Assembly: GCA_947585795.1 (NCBI GenBank)
Contig: CANPXG010000003.1
Coordinates: 6,171 to 70,170 of the forward strand
Length of the DNA stretch: 64,000 nt
Direction: 5' to 3'
From: an uncultured Clostridia bacterium
GTDB taxonomy: Bacteria; Bacillota; Clostridia; UBA1381
A model generated the notes under the pieces. That model saw only the letters and a program-made list of their open reading frames with translations. It was not told where the DNA came from and ran no database searches. Positions within the stretch are counted from its first letter, which is position 1. Each line of letters starts with the position of its first letter. The translations under genes and the position numbers were made by a program. Below are positions 18,981 to 27,261 of the stretch, piece after piece.

Positions 18981-19199
18981 TACCACATATTTTTTTGAAT
19001 ACAATTTAATATATTTCAAAGATATTCTTATTTTAAGAATGTTCTTTTGAAGTTCCAAATAAAAGTTTGTAATGGCTAAAAATGCAGGCTTTATATCGGA
19101 ATACTTTTATTTGGAATATCCGTATTCAAAAAATGTGTGGTAACATTAAATCTAAGCCGCGTTTTTGTGCGTGGCTCGGATTTGTGCCACGCATTTTTT
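18981..19199 (+). ncRNA. Putative structured leader RNA/attenuator unit 2
   Basis: TACCACATATTTTTTTGAATAC pairs with GTATTCAAAAAATGTGTGGTA; two internal hairpins (one with a perfect 14-bp stem); terminator TGCGTGGC..GCCACGCA-T6. Confidence 0.6.
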
Positions 19200-19232
19200 A
19201 ATGCAAAAATTTAATTTCACGGAGGTAAAGAG

Positions 19233-20537
19233 ATGAAAAGAAAGATGTTAAGTGTATTGCTCACATTTTCAATATTTGCCGCATTTGTGCCATGCGTTGC
19301 GACTGCCGAAGATGAAAAGTACGGAGAATGGTTGCATTATGAAGTCAACGAAAACGGCGACGGCGTTACAATTACCTACTGTGACAAAAACGCGACAGGT
19401 GAAATTGAGATACCCGCAAAAATCGAAAATTTACCCGTAACAACTATAGCTGTCAAATCATTTTTAAGATGTTCTTATTTGACAAAAATTAAAATACCCA
19501 ATACTGTAACAAAGATACATGATGATGCTTTTGGCTTTTGTACTTCTCTAACCTCTGTTGTTATACCAAACAGCGTAACCGGTATCGGTTGGTACGCATT
19601 TGAAAACTGTACATCTTTGACAGACATAACAATTCCCGACAGTGTAACCAATATCGGTAAAGACGCATTTTATGGTACAAAGTATTATGAAAATGAATGG
19701 AATTGGCAAAATAAAGTTTTATATATAGATAATCATTTAATAGGGGCAAAAGAAGAAATAAAGGACAGTTATACAATAAAGGATAATACAAAGACCATTG
19801 CCGAATGGGCTTTTTCCGGCTGTTCATTATTGACGAGTGTCAATTTGCCTGTTGGTGTGAGAAATATCGGCAATTTTGCATTTAACAACTGTTCATCCTT
19901 AACAGACGTTACAATACCCGACGCAATAACTATAGGTGAAAACGCCTTTAGTTACTGTACTTCATTAACAAACGTATCAATTCCCGATACGGTGACAGAA
20001 ATCGGTCAAAGCGCATTTAGAAATTGTTCATCTTTAACAAATATCACAATTCCCAGCAATGTGAAACGTATCAACGATGGAACATTTAACAATTGTATCG
20101 CATTAAAGAACATTGCAATCCCCGATAACATAACAAATATTGGAGCTTTTGCGTTTTACGAGTGTAATAATCTTACAGACGTATATTATTCCGGCACAGA
20201 GCAGGAATGGAATTTAATTGAGATAGGTTCATATAATGAAAATTTAACAAACGCCACTATTCATTACGGAATATACGATCAAATCACTCCCGCCGCGCTA
20301 ACCGTTACGCCGTCGAGCAGCGGATATGCGCTTACAGCAGATACAGTGTATGACGGGGTTGCGTATGCGGCGGCGTATGACGCGGAGGGCAGACTTTTAA
20401 ATGTCGTGAGCAAACCGTTTACCGGCGGGACGGCGACCGTAACGCCCGATACGACAGGCGCGGCGGAAATTAAATTTTTCGTATGGACGAACACGCTGCA
20501 GCCTGTGACGTATACGGAAACAATGGATCTACAGTGA
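19233..20537 (+). CDS. BspA-type leucine-rich repeat (LRR_5) secreted/surface protein
   Basis: Signal peptide; repeated IPxxVTxIGxxAFxxCxxL; C-terminal beta-rich module; RBS GGAGG. Confidence 0.9.
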   Translation: MKRKMLSVLLTFSIFAAFVPCVATAEDEKYGEWLHYEVNENGDGVTITYCDKNATGEIEIPAKIENLPVTTIAVKSFLRCSYLTKIKIPNTVTKIHDDAFGFCTSLTSVVIPNSVTGIGWYAFENCTSLTDITIPDSVTNIGKDAFYGTKYYENEWNWQNKVLYIDNHLIGAKEEIKDSYTIKDNTKTIAEWAFSGCSLLTSVNLPVGVRNIGNFAFNNCSSLTDVTIPDAITIGENAFSYCTSLTNVSIPDTVTEIGQSAFRNCSSLTNITIPSNVKRINDGTFNNCIALKNIAIPDNITNIGAFAFYECNNLTDVYYSGTEQEWNLIEIGSYNENLTNATIHYGIYDQITPAALTVTPSSSGYALTADTVYDGVAYAAAYDAEGRLLNVVSKPFTGGTATVTPDTTGAAEIKFFVWTNTLQPVTYTETMDLQ

Positions 20538-20572
20538 TTAAAAAAAACTCGGGATCGTCCCGAGTTTTTTTT
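20538..20572 (+). terminator. Intrinsic terminator (near-duplicate of 23251-23283)
   Basis: A8-CTCGGGA-TCG-TCCCGAG-T8. Confidence 0.85.
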
Positions 20573-20596
20573 GTGAAAAAATTTTTGAAAAAGGTA

Positions 20597-20645
20597 TTGA
20601 CAAATTTCGTCTACAGTTGTAATATATATTTAGACTACATATGTA
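20597..20645 (+). promoter_or_regulatory. blaI promoter with two BlaI/MecI/CopY operator boxes
   Basis: TTGACA-17-TAATAT; TACA-GT-TGTA (20612-20621) and TACA-TA-TGTA (20636-20645). Confidence 0.85.
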
Positions 20646-20669
20646 ATCAAAAGTAAAGGAGTTGTTATT

Positions 20670-21038
20670 ATGCCGGCAAAGAAAAGGATAACCGAGAGTG
20701 AATATGAGATTTTAAAGGTAATGTGGGACGCGGGCGAACCGATGAGCGCGCCGCAAATCACGGAAAAGCTTAAGGAGAAGGGTTGGCAGCGTACCACCGT
20801 CGCCACACTTCTTACACGTCTTTGCGAAAAGGACGGCGCGGCGTTTGAAACGCGCGGACGCGCGCACTACTATTACCCGAAGATGAGCGAGAACGAGTAC
20901 AAACTGAGCGCGACAAAGTCGCTTATCGGGCGCGTTTTCGGCGGTTCGGTGAAAAATCTCGTTGCGGCTCTTTACACTAACAACGAAATGACAGACGAGG
21001 AAATCAAAGAAATCAAGGAAATGTTTGAATTGGATTGA
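20670..21038 (+). CDS. BlaI/MecI/CopY family repressor
   Basis: ITESEYEILKVMW, WQRTTVATLLTRL, GRAHYYYP, FGGSVKNLVAAL. Confidence 0.93.
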   Translation: MPAKKRITESEYEILKVMWDAGEPMSAPQITEKLKEKGWQRTTVATLLTRLCEKDGAAFETRGRAHYYYPKMSENEYKLSATKSLIGRVFGGSVKNLVAALYTNNEMTDEEIKEIKEMFELD

Positions 21039-21849
21039 GGCTATGCTTGTAATTTTCAGAATTGTTTTGCTTTTGTCAGCAGCAGGCGGCGCTGCGGCGC
21101 TTATACTGCTCGCATTAAAGCCCCTCACGTCGCGCGTGTTCTCGGCAAAGTGGCGGTACTATATATGGATAGCGGTGCTCGCGGTAATGGTATTACCGCT
21201 GCCGTTTCCGCACCGTGCACAGACGCGTATTCCGTCGCTGCCGCTGCCCGCGCCCGTTTTGAACGAGCCCGTGGGTACCTCTGTAAGTCAAGCCAAAGAA
21301 AGCGACGCTGTGCCGATCAGTGAGGATAACGCCGACGCTTCGTTTGATTGGCTTAAAGCGGCGGCAATTGTATGGGCAGCGGGAATGTGTGTATATTTTA
21401 CCTGTGCGGCGGTGAGCTACGCTCGGTTCACGCTCGGTAAAAAGCGTGCGTCCGCGCCGTGTAACATCGATATTGCGCTGCTGCGGGACGCGGCGAAAAA
21501 GGCGGGCGTTAAAAAAGTGCCGCGCGTGCGAGTGGGCGCGTCAACCGATCCGCCCATGCTCGCCGGCGTACTGCGTCCCGTGATATACCTTCCCGACAGG
21601 GAAATCGACGGTTCGCTTGAGATGGTGCTTGTGCATGAGCTTACGCATTATCGCCGCCGCGACCTTATTTATAAGCTCGCCACGCTTATCGTGAACGGTA
21701 TCCACTGGTTCAATCCGCTTATGTACGTCGTGACGGCGAATATAAACGAGGAGTGCGAGGTGTCGTGTGACGCGGAAATTACAAGGAATATGACGGATGA
21801 GGAAAAGAAAACGTATATGAATACAATTCTCAATCTTATTCATCGTTAG
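21025..21849 (+). CDS. BlaR1-like M56 metallopeptidase, N-terminal (protease) moiety only
   Basis: AKWRYYIW, PMLAGVLRPVIYLP, HELTHYRRRD (HExxH), HWFNPL, ECEVSCD; stops at YMNTILNLIHR. Confidence 0.9.
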   Translation: MNWIEAMLVIFRIVLLLSAAGGAAALILLALKPLTSRVFSAKWRYYIWIAVLAVMVLPLPFPHRAQTRIPSLPLPAPVLNEPVGTSVSQAKESDAVPISEDNADASFDWLKAAAIVWAAGMCVYFTCAAVSYARFTLGKKRASAPCNIDIALLRDAAKKAGVKKVPRVRVGASTDPPMLAGVLRPVIYLPDREIDGSLEMVLVHELTHYRRRDLIYKLATLIVNGIHWFNPLMYVVTANINEECEVSCDAEITRNMTDEEKKTYMNTILNLIHR

Positions 21850-22782
21850 GTAAAGGAGGAATTGTAATGTTTAGGAAAATGTATACAACGGAAATGAGTG
21901 GTACGGGTAAGACGCTTAAAAAGCGGTTCAAGGCTATCACGTCAAGGAAAAAGCGCGGTATCATAACCGCTGTGTCCGCCGCTGCGGCGCTCGTGATCGT
22001 ATGCGGTGCGGTGTGGGTGAACGCGTCGCTCGCCGACGAGGCGAAGATCTACGGTCAAAATCCCGCCGAAGTTACCGCTTTTGAGGTGCAGGGCGTGACG
22101 GGCGGTGCGGATTTACAAAATGAAAATCCGTACAACTCAATGTACCCCAACCTTACGGGCAGGACGGTGCAGGAGGCGACGGACGATGCAGGTCTGACGC
22201 TTGAGGAATTTCTTGCGGAGTATGAGTTGCCTGCCGATATGAGTGGTGATACGTATGAAACGGCGGCGTATAACATGATACCGTTAAAAAAGATAGCCGA
22301 GATATACGGTATGACATACGACGAGCTGAGCACGCTGTTAAAGTTCCCCGACTTTGTGACGGGAAATACGCCGTGGGGCGAAGCCTTAGACGAGGTAAGA
22401 CTGGGCGACTACATCGGCACAGGCGATGTTTTGAAGCAATTTAAAGAGTATTTTGATCTTGACGGAAGCGTAAACGAGGACACAAAGTGGAAGGATGTCA
22501 GGAGCGTATATGAGGAGTACACAATGAAAGAGAAACGTGGTTAGCATTTGAGTGCTGCAAAAATTCAGGTAAAGGAGGAATTGTAATGTTTAGGAAGATG
22601 TATACAACGGAAATGGGTGGCACGGGTAAGACGCTCAAAAAACGGTTCAGGGCTATCACGTCAAGTAAAAGACGCGGTATCATAACCGCTGTGTCAGCCG
22701 CCGCGGCGCTCGTGATCGTATGCGGCGCGGTGTGGGTGAACGCGTCACTCGCCGACGAGGCGAAGATCTACGGTCAAAATCC
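21848..22782 (+). repeat. About 216-bp near-identical direct repeat (21848-22063 and 22567-22782)
   Basis: Both copies begin AGGTAAAGGAGGAATTGTAATGTTTAGGAA and end GATCTACGGTCAAAATCC; offset 719 nt. Confidence 0.92.
21867..22544 (+). CDS. Putative separate BlaR1 C-terminal moiety (loop + TM + extracellular repeat domain), paralog 1
   Basis: Own RBS AAAGGAGG; TTEMSGTGKTLKKRFKAI followed by a hydrophobic helix and an acidic ectodomain. Confidence 0.7.
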   Translation: MFRKMYTTEMSGTGKTLKKRFKAITSRKKRGIITAVSAAAALVIVCGAVWVNASLADEAKIYGQNPAEVTAFEVQGVTGGADLQNENPYNSMYPNLTGRTVQEATDDAGLTLEEFLAEYELPADMSGDTYETAAYNMIPLKKIAEIYGMTYDELSTLLKFPDFVTGNTPWGEALDEVRLGDYIGTGDVLKQFKEYFDLDGSVNEDTKWKDVRSVYEEYTMKEKRG

Positions 22783-23254
22783 ATACAATTTACTTTACCC
22801 TGACGTGACGCACAAGACAGTGCGTGAAGTGGCGGAGGAAAACGACATGACGCTTAAGGAGTTACTTGCGAAGTGCGGTCTGCCCGAAGATATGAGAGGA
22901 GATACTTACGACTATGCGGCTTTTCATATGATGCCTGTAAAAAGAGTGGCTGAGATGTACGGTACGACGTATGATGAGCTGAAATCAAAGTGGAAATTTG
23001 CCGACTCGGTGACGGAAAATACGCCTGTTGGTGAGGTTATAGAGGAATTGAGGCTCGGTGATTATGTGGCAACGGGCAGGGATTTGGATATGTTTAAGAA
23101 ATATTTCGGTCTTGACGAAAGCGTAAACGAGGACACAAAGTGGAAGGAAATTCGAGATGTGTATGAAACGGTCAGCTATCATGCCGTTTGGTTTACGGCG
23201 GGATATCCGGACGTTATTAACGACTTAAGTATGCTGCTTGCAATCCAAAGTTAA
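22586..23254 (+). CDS. Putative separate BlaR1 C-terminal moiety, paralog 2
   Basis: First 66 aa nearly identical to paralog 1; ectodomain homologous but diverged. Confidence 0.7.
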   Translation: MFRKMYTTEMGGTGKTLKKRFRAITSSKRRGIITAVSAAAALVIVCGAVWVNASLADEAKIYGQNPYNLLYPDVTHKTVREVAEENDMTLKELLAKCGLPEDMRGDTYDYAAFHMMPVKRVAEMYGTTYDELKSKWKFADSVTENTPVGEVIEELRLGDYVATGRDLDMFKKYFGLDESVNEDTKWKEIRDVYETVSYHAVWFTAGYPDVINDLSMLLAIQS

Positions 23255-23283
23255 AAAAACTCGGGATGATCCCGAGTTTTTTT
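23251..23283. terminator. Bidirectional terminator
   Basis: A7-CTCGGGA-TGA-TCCCGAG-T7 between convergent genes. Confidence 0.85.
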
Positions 23284-23729
23284 CAGTCTAACAAATATTT
23301 CTCGACTATTTTTGCGCAGTCGGTAACGCAGTGTTCGCACGGGCGCGTTTTGTAAAAATGCGCGTCCCTGTCGGACGGCTTCGCGCCGTCGTCCTTAGGT
23401 CTGTTTACGCCCAAAAGGTCGGCGCACGTTATCGAGCCGTTTATTTTCTTGAACTCGTCCGCCAAAAGTCGGACGGTCGTGTAGACCTTTGTGCGCGTTT
23501 CTATGTCATTCGCTTCGCCTTTGCTGTATTTGAGTCCCGCAAGCATGAACATTCCGCTTACCGCGCCGCACGTGAGGCGCATGCGTCCCATGCCGCCGCC
23601 AAACGGTTCGCTTACGCGCATTGCCATGCTTTCGTCCATGCCGAACAGGTCGCAGTACGCGCACAGCACCGCCTGTGAGCAGTTGCAGCCCGATTTAAAC
23701 AGTTCCTTTGCCTTTTGTACTCTGTCCAT
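23283..23729 (-). CDS. C-GCAxxG-C-C family putative redox protein
   Basis: FKSGCNCSQAV, FGGGMG..TCGAVSG, GSITCxDLL, C..CV. Confidence 0.9.
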   Translation of the reverse strand: MDRVQKAKELFKSGCNCSQAVLCAYCDLFGMDESMAMRVSEPFGGGMGRMRLTCGAVSGMFMLAGLKYSKGEANDIETRTKVYTTVRLLADEFKKINGSITCADLLGVNRPKDDGAKPSDRDAHFYKTRPCEHCVTDCAKIVEKYLLD

Positions 23730-23752
23730 GCGTTCTCTCCTATGCGCGAATG

Positions 23753-24838
23753 TCAGTCGCCGAAGGAAATGCCTATTTCCTTAGCCGCCGCTATAATGTC
23801 GCTGTCTGTCGGTACCTTTTTGAGTTTGCCCGCCACCTCGCCAAGCGGTACTGGTACTATCCTTTCGTTTTGCAGCGCGACCATATATCCGTATTGTTCG
23901 TTCTTTATGAGCTTCGCCGCAGCCGCGCCGAAACGCGTGCACAGTACTCTGTCGTACGCGCAAGGGCTTCCGCCGCGCTGGAAATGTCCCGGTACGGTTA
24001 CGCGTATTTCGTGCCCCGTAAGGTCCTCAAGTTCCTTCGCGATTTTGTATGAGATAGACGGGTACGGCATCTCGGCGCGCAGCGCCTTAAACTCTTTCTT
24101 TTTAAGCTTGGCTTCCTCCTTGGAAATCGCGCCTTCCGCTACGGCAAGTATCGAAAAGCGTTTGCCGGCGCTCTCGCGCTTGTCTATCACTCTCGCGACC
24201 TCGTTAATGTCGTACGGTATTTCTGGGAGAAGTATAATGTCCGCGCCGCCCGCTATTCCCGCGTAGAGGTTGAGCCAGCCTACCTTGTGTCCCATTACCT
24301 CGACTATGAATATGCGTCCGTGCGACGTGGCGGTGGTGTGGATACAGTCTATGACCTCCGTCGCTATGTCCACCGCGCTTTGGAAGCCGAAGGTCATTTC
24401 CGTGCCCCATACGTCGTTGTCAATAGTTTTCGGCATGGACACGACGTTAAGTCCTTCCTCGCTTAAAAGGTTAGCCGTCTTATGCGTGCCGTTGCCGCCG
24501 AGTATTACGAGGCAGTCCAAGTCCATCTGTTTGTAATGCTCTTTCATGGCTTGTACCTTGTCGATGCTGTTTTCGTCCTCCTTGACGCGCATCATCTTGA
24601 ACGGTTGGCGCGACGTGCCCAAAATCGTGCCGCCGACGGTCAGTATGCCCGAAAAATCCGACTTGCTCATCTTTTTGTAGTCGCCGTGGATAAGACCGGC
24701 ATAGCCGTTCTGTATGCCAAAAATTTCAACGTCGTCGATTTCCTCGTACAGTCCCTTAGCTACACCGCGTATTGCCGCGTTCAGTCCCTGGCAGTCGCCG
24801 CCGCTTGTGAGAATACCTACTCTTTTCAACGTGTTCAC
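23753..24838 (-). CDS. pfkA: 6-phosphofructokinase (PfkA family)
   Basis: LTSGGDCQGLN, GGTILGTSR, PKTIDND, EVMGH, GHFQRGG. Confidence 0.95.
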   Translation of the reverse strand: MNTLKRVGILTSGGDCQGLNAAIRGVAKGLYEEIDDVEIFGIQNGYAGLIHGDYKKMSKSDFSGILTVGGTILGTSRQPFKMMRVKEDENSIDKVQAMKEHYKQMDLDCLVILGGNGTHKTANLLSEEGLNVVSMPKTIDNDVWGTEMTFGFQSAVDIATEVIDCIHTTATSHGRIFIVEVMGHKVGWLNLYAGIAGGADIILLPEIPYDINEVARVIDKRESAGKRFSILAVAEGAISKEEAKLKKKEFKALRAEMPYPSISYKIAKELEDLTGHEIRVTVPGHFQRGGSPCAYDRVLCTRFGAAAAKLIKNEQYGYMVALQNERIVPVPLGEVAGKLKKVPTDSDIIAAAKEIGISFGD

Positions 24839-24842
24839 CCTT

Positions 24843-25676
24843 TCATTTTAAAATTCCCGTTACTACTCTGTCATTGTCCGCCAAATCGCGTATCACGCGT
24901 ATGTCCGTAAATTTATCGGTCATGAGTTCGGTTACGCTTTTTGCCTGATCGTACCCTATCTCGAACGCCAAAAGAGCGTTTTCGTTAAGTATTTTGTCCG
25001 CCACGGAAATTATTCGTCTGTAGAATAAAAGTCCGTCGTCGCCGCCGTCAAGCGCAAGACGCGGCTCGTAGTCCTTTACGGAGGCGGTTAGCGTGTCTAT
25101 CGTGTCAGTTTCTATATACGGCGGATTTGATACCGCTATGTCGTACTTTTTGTCAGGATATTCGTTGAGTATGTCCGTTTTAATTAAATTTACTCTGTCT
25201 GATACGTCGTTTCTGATGATATTTTTTCGCGCCGTTTTTAAAGCCGTATCGCTTACGTCAAGCATATCGACCTTCGCGTTCGGCAGGTAATGGGCAAGGC
25301 TTATGCCTATGCAGCCGCTGCCCGCGCATATGTCGAGAATGTTAAGTGCGCTATTTTTGTCAGCGGCGTTAATGACCGTTTCGACAAGTGTTTCCGTGTC
25401 GGGGCGCGGTATAAGCACGCCTTTTGACACGTAAAAGTCGAGCGACATAAATGAGCACTCGCCTATTATATACCAAAGCGGCTCGCCGTTTTTGCGGCGC
25501 TCCGTCATTTCACGCGCGGCGCGTATTTGGTCGTCGGTGACCTCGGTGTCCCTGCCTTTGAGTATGAGTTCGCCGCGCGTTATGCCGACGGCGTTCATAA
25601 CTATCTGTTCCGCCTCGAAGCGCGCGTTTTCCGTAAGAGATGACGCGACGCGGCGCACAAGCGCGTCAATTACCAT
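24843..25676 (-). CDS. prmC: Release factor glutamine methyltransferase
   Basis: VLIPRPDTE, DICAGSGCI, SNPPY, ALDGG; start taken at MVIDAL, overlapping the upstream stop. Confidence 0.95.
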   Translation of the reverse strand: MVIDALVRRVASSLTENARFEAEQIVMNAVGITRGELILKGRDTEVTDDQIRAAREMTERRKNGEPLWYIIGECSFMSLDFYVSKGVLIPRPDTETLVETVINAADKNSALNILDICAGSGCIGISLAHYLPNAKVDMLDVSDTALKTARKNIIRNDVSDRVNLIKTDILNEYPDKKYDIAVSNPPYIETDTIDTLTASVKDYEPRLALDGGDDGLLFYRRIISVADKILNENALLAFEIGYDQAKSVTELMTDKFTDIRVIRDLADNDRVVTGILK

Positions 25677-26641
25677 TTGTCGTCCTCTTTGTTTTCCGGT
25701 ATGCACGGTTCCATTGAGGCTATTGCTACCTCTATCATGCTTTCGTCCGGTTCGCGCGTGGTGAGCTTTTGGAGCCACAGTCCCGGCTTTGACAGCCATT
25801 TTACGCACACGTTGGAGCTGCGTCCCGCCCATTTTATAAGCTCGTATGAGATACCCGCAACCACCGGCAGCAGCGCAAGGCGCATGAGTACGCGTAAAAT
25901 AACCATGTCAACTCTCGGTAGGAGCGCAAATAAAAGTATGCTGACTATCATTACGAACAGGAGGAAGCTCGTTCCGCATCTTGGGTGGAAGCGTTGGAAT
26001 TTTTTTATGTTCTCAACCGTCAGTTCCTCACCCGCCTCGTAGCATGCTATCGTCTTATGCTCCGCGCCGTGGTATTGGAAAACGCGCTTTATTTCTTTCA
26101 TGTTCGATACAAGCGCAAGGTAGCCGATAAATATAGCCATACGTATTATACCCTCGAAAAGGCTCGTGAACAGGTGCGAATCCGTAAACGTTGTAAGCGG
26201 CGGTATAAGTGCGCCCAGCCGTTCCGCACCGCGCGTCAAAAATGTCGGTAAGATCATGAATAAAAGTATGCTGAACACGAGTGATATTGCTATCGACACG
26301 TATATTACTATGTCCTTTATCTTGTCGCCGAACTTGTCGTCAAGCCACTTGTCGAACTTGCTCTCGCTCTCCCCTTCCTCTTCCTCTATGTCCACAAACT
26401 CGGCGCTGTACATAAGCGCCTTCATGCCGATAACAAGGCTGTCGATAAAATTCACGCAGCCCCTTACTATCGGCAGGCGGAAAAACTTCGAGCGCGTTTT
26501 TGTGCCGTTGTCCTCAATTTTACGCTCAATCTCTCCGTCCGGCTTTCTTACGGCTACGGCGGTCTTGTACGGTCCGCGCATCATTACGCCCTCCATTACC
26601 GCCTGTCCGCCTATTGATGTTATATGCTGTTCCTTGCTCAT
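25670..26641 (-). CDS. DUF1385 (YqhQ-like) membrane protein
   Basis: IGGQAVMEGVMMRG, YHGAEHK, HPRCGTSF, LTTREP. Confidence 0.92.
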   Translation of the reverse strand: MSKEQHITSIGGQAVMEGVMMRGPYKTAVAVRKPDGEIERKIEDNGTKTRSKFFRLPIVRGCVNFIDSLVIGMKALMYSAEFVDIEEEEGESESKFDKWLDDKFGDKIKDIVIYVSIAISLVFSILLFMILPTFLTRGAERLGALIPPLTTFTDSHLFTSLFEGIIRMAIFIGYLALVSNMKEIKRVFQYHGAEHKTIACYEAGEELTVENIKKFQRFHPRCGTSFLLFVMIVSILLFALLPRVDMVILRVLMRLALLPVVAGISYELIKWAGRSSNVCVKWLSKPGLWLQKLTTREPDESMIEVAIASMEPCIPENKEDDKW

Positions 26642-26661
26642 TCAAATTCTCCTATCGTTAC

Positions 26662-27261
26662 TTAATAACACGGACATATACAGTCCATACACATACACGC
26701 TGTGCATAAATTACACGGCGAGCAGCAGCCCGAGGTCGTCATGCCCGTCGGCGCGCTTCGGTACGTTGTGTTTCTGTTCATTACGTTTTCGAGCGCGTTT
26801 CTGTACTCAACGTTGTTCGGATCCATGCTGACAGCCGTGCGTAAAAACGTAATTGCTTGGTCGTACCAGCCTATCTGCATGCGTGCCCGTCCCGACAGAT
26901 AATACCACTCGGCTGTTTTTGGCAGTCCTTCAAGCATCGCCATAGCCTCGGGTATGCGCGACTGTGATATTAGTATGCGCACATTTTGAAACGTCGCCCT
27001 ATTGTCCGCCGCGCCGCCGTAGCCGCCCCTGCCGGAATAAGTGCTCTGCTGTGAATACGTGCCGCCCTGTCCGCCGGAGGTCTTATTCATTATCATGTCG
27101 TAGGCTTGATTGATCTCCTTTATCTTCTCGCTCGCAAGGTCGGCAAGGGGATTATTCACGTACTTGTCCGGATGGTACTTTTTTACAAGCGCCCTATATG
27201 CTTTTTTTACGGTTTCTTCATCGGCGTCCTCGCTTACGCCAAGCACTTCATAAGGATTCAT
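26662..27261 (-). CDS. J-domain protein with TPR and Cys-rich C-terminus
   Basis: NPYEVLGV, YHPD motif, TPR-like AEWYYLSG..AVSMDPNNVEY, tail GCCSPCNLCTACMCMDCICPCY. Confidence 0.88.
   Translation of the reverse strand: MNPYEVLGVSEDADEETVKKAYRALVKKYHPDKYVNNPLADLASEKIKEINQAYDMIMNKTSGGQGGTYSQQSTYSGRGGYGGAADNRATFQNVRILISQSRIPEAMAMLEGLPKTAEWYYLSGRARMQIGWYDQAITFLRTAVSMDPNNVEYRNALENVMNRNTTYRSAPTGMTTSGCCSPCNLCTACMCMDCICPCY

Noticed and set aside
18981-19142. Invertible DNA segment or retron msr-msd
   Set aside because: The inverted repeats are imperfect in a G-U-compatible way and exclude the promoter; no recombinase or reverse transcriptase in the window.
19130-19199. T-box interpretation of GTGTGGTAAC before a terminator
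   Set aside because: No Stem I AG/GA motifs; the paralogous unit has GTAGCAAC (no UGG); the downstream gene is not amino-acid related.
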